The notes under the pieces: generated by a model | The model's input: only the letters and a program-made list of their open reading frames with translations | Told to the model about the DNA's origin: nothing | Database searches by the model: none | Program-made: the position numbers and the translations under genes | Part shown: positions 61,601-64,000 of the stretch, one piece after another | How the letters are laid out: the number at the start of each line of letters is the position of its first letter | Position numbering within the stretch: the first letter of the stretch is position 1 | DNA from: Antedon mediterranea | Lineage: Eukaryota; Animalia; Echinodermata | NCBI RefSeq assembly: GCF_964355755.1 | Contig: NC_092671.1 | Span: 5,642,001 to 5,706,000 of the forward strand | DNA length: 64,000 bases | Direction: 5' to 3'

Positions 61601-62768
61601 CAGACTGTTACAAGTGGGCATCATTAATTGAAATTGAAAAAAGAGACAAATGGGCCTACTCAAAATATTATCTGAGCAAAATCGCCTTCCTTCCACAACC
61701 AATAACTACTGTATATCCTCGGGTATAATCCCACTTCACGCCTAATTCACCACATACTTTGTCTTATTTCACAAACAGTCCTAGTATTGACTTTTGGTGT
61801 GGATGTAGGCCTCTCTCTAGCCAGTATGAGTTTTTACAAGAAATGCTTACCAATCATTTTTTTTCCTAAATCAGGATTTTCCTGTGTATAGTCCCATCTC
61901 CCAAAGTCAGCCCAATTTCGTGTTCTCGGAGGGTGGGATTATACCAGAGGATGTGGTACTCTCAAATTATTTTGTAATCCATTGGTATACAGTAATTCAT
62001 TATTTTTCCATATTCAGCCATCACCCCTATTCAGTAAAATAGAAGCATCCCAGGCTGAAGAATTAAAAACAAAGTTTGCTGGTAAGCAGAATCCAGTAGG
62101 AACTGGTCAGGCAACACCTGCTGCTGCTCAACAACCACCCGCAACTCCTCAGCAGCCAACATTAAGTAGCCCATCAAATATTGAGGAGCTTAAAGCTCAA
62201 GTGACAGCTCAGGTATTTCTTTTTGGAGATTTTTTTAAAACTTGTTTTAATTACTATTTCTATGTTATTAGGTCCATAAAATCATTTATTTATTTTTATG
62301 AGGGTGGTCCATCCAGCCGAAGCTGATTATTAGGGACCCTCACAAAGATACAATTTGACAAGATATTAACATACAGCAATGAAAAAAATTAATATAAAAA
62401 TGTTTAAAAATAATTACAATCAAAAGGAAAATCCATAAAAACAATAAATTAAATCATAAATAAATTAATCATAGGATTAAAAGGAAATAAACTTTACATG
62501 AGTTGAGATACATTATGTAAAACTAGAAGATTTTATAAATACTAATCTACATTCAACCTTTACCAGCAGAAATAAAACTGTATATTTTTCATCTTAGGGA
62601 GAAATTGTAAGATCTTTAAAGACTGCAAAAGCAGACAAAGATAAGATTGAATCTGAAGTAAAGAAGCTTTTGGAACTGAAGAAGACCCTGGCTAAACTCT
62701 CTGGTGAATCACCACCAAGTAGTTCATCCAGTAAATCAAAGAAAAATAAAAAGAAGAAAGGAAAGTGA
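55659..62768 (+). CDS. MARS1: Cytosolic methionyl-tRNA synthetase (GST-like N-terminus, class I catalytic domain, C-terminal WHEP), 17 exons, ~912 aa
   Basis: Exons 55659-55767, 56134-56224, 56454-56535, 56733-56852, 57105-57371, 57666-57748, 57952-58068, 58226-58429, 58862-59063, 59530-59871, 60093-60210, 60480-60693, 60848-60979, 61133-61240, 61397-61580, 62018-62212, 62598-62768 (2,739 nt, phases compatible). Motifs [54 protein letters not shown]...LLELK. Confidence 0.96.
57393..57553. mobile_element. MITE (AAGCTCTGTCTACAC family)
   Basis: Degenerate TIRs plus the internal motif. Confidence 0.78.
58448..58567. repeat. Minisatellite, ~6.5 x 18 bp (TGTGGATTAGTATGACTA)
   Basis: Seen directly in MARS intron 8. 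Confidence 0.92.
58608..58753. mobile_element. MITE (AAGCTCTGTCTACAC family)
   Basis: Both TIRs present. Confidence 0.8.
59131..59320 (+). mobile_element. Helentron-associated (HINE/DINE-1-like) non-autonomous element
   Basis: Subterminal inverted repeat ACCTCCGCC...GGCGGAGGT followed by a short stem-loop GCGCTCTCTGAGTGC and a CTAGTT end. Confidence 0.65.
59873..60012. mobile_element. MITE (AAGCTCTGTCTACAC family) overlapping a splice donor
   Basis: gag|gTAAAGCTCTGTC...GACAGAGCTTTA. Confidence 0.85.
61709..61956. mobile_element. TA-flanked MITE
   Basis: Inverted ends atatcctcgggtataatcccac / gtgggattataccagaggatgt. Confidence 0.65.
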
Positions 62769-62776
62769 TCGGAAAT

Positions 62777-62839
62777 ATGAATACCTTAGGGTCATTTATG
62801 AATACCTTAGGGTCATTTATGAATACCTTAGGGTCATTT
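62777..62839. repeat. 3 x 21-bp repeat just after the MARS stop codon
   Basis: ATGAATACCTTAGGGTCATTT x3. Confidence 0.9.
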
Positions 62840-64000
62840 GAATGCAATATGATTGAATGCTGGATAAATATCACAAACCTTACCAAACATTGAACCATTT
62901 TATATAAATACTGAATAAAGGCATGTTGTATTAATTTTGCCTCCATATAAAGACCACATGTAATTTCTTTAAACATCTGTCCTCTAAAAAGCAACCAGTA
63001 CAGTAATAGTTATATAGCCCCTCAACTATTACACACATATTAATATAACAATTTCGTATGATAGTGTTTTACTATTGTAAAATGTAATTTCTATGTGACA
63101 TGCTGCTAATATTTTGGAAAAACTTTCTAATAAATATACTGTGATGTCAAAAAAATAATGTATTTTCTGTCCTATTATGTTTTGTTTGTATATAAAAGAG
63201 TCTTACAATTACAGATGCCCTTTCTAATATCTGGTTCAGTGTAGTGTAAATGTGTTGCGGTTTGATTCATTTTTGCCGTTCAAAAAACTACGATCATACA
63301 TGGTTAATGGTCTTAATAACCAATAAAGAGACATTGAGACATTGTTACTGTATAGAAATCATTTTTATTGTTTAACATGAACAAAAAAGGTATTTAAAGA
63401 TAACTTTAATCATACAATAAAATAATATAATAATATATATCAATTGATTTATAAACACAACAGGCATAGAACATTCTAAACCTTGATTTATATATTCATA
63501 TTGTACAAAATTCATACTTATTTTTTTTTTTTTTTGCTTTATAATCTATATATCATTTATTCATGCTGTATATAAATGAATACATTTATTGTTTCCGTTT
63601 TAATAATACTGTAATAATTTACTTGTGCATTTATGCAAATTTCCTTATTTAATGGTGCTGTGAAAATGCTAGAAAATCACTTAAAAGGAAAAAAATAAGT
63701 TGACTTAAAGTTTAAAAAATTTAAGCTATATATCAATTTATGGCCATGTACACACATAGTGGAAAAACATGCATTGCACGGTATTGAGCAATTATTAATC
63801 AATATTGAAATATACAACAGGAAAAATATTAAATGTCAAAATAAAAAATGATGTGTTATTAAGCCTCAGCTTGAGCTTTCTTATCTATCTGTACTGAAGA
63901 AGTTCCACTTTCATATAATTGATTATCTATACCACTCGTAGCTTTACTGTCATCAAATGAAAACTTCTTGCGCTGTACGACGAACCAAATGATCATGACG

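Overview
AT-rich animal genomic DNA, probably a marine invertebrate (inferred from the repeat content). 1-~20,970: tandem array of roughly 115-120 minus-strand tRNA-Gln genes (TTG and CTG anticodons mixed, ~165-187 bp units, higher-order duplications, many damaged copies). 27,351-29,708 (+): coding-intronless Ig-superfamily type I membrane receptor with a Tyr-rich tail. ~30.6-32.9 kb (-): candidate small-ORF gene. 36,879-45,819 (-): 12-exon selenoprotein O (SELENOO) with an in-frame UGA (Sec) in KVTUSS* and a canonical form-2 SECIS ~3 kb downstream. Its last intron holds a Penelope-like (GIY-YIG) fragment with inverted arms, two hammerhead ribozymes and an inverted copy of flanking DNA. 45,856-55,472: a ~9.6-kb nested-palindrome region between the divergent SELENOO and MARS genes. 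55,659-62,768 (+): 17-exon cytosolic methionyl-tRNA synthetase. MITEs and SINEs are scattered throughout. All coordinates, counts and gene models were read by eye, without alignments or database searches.
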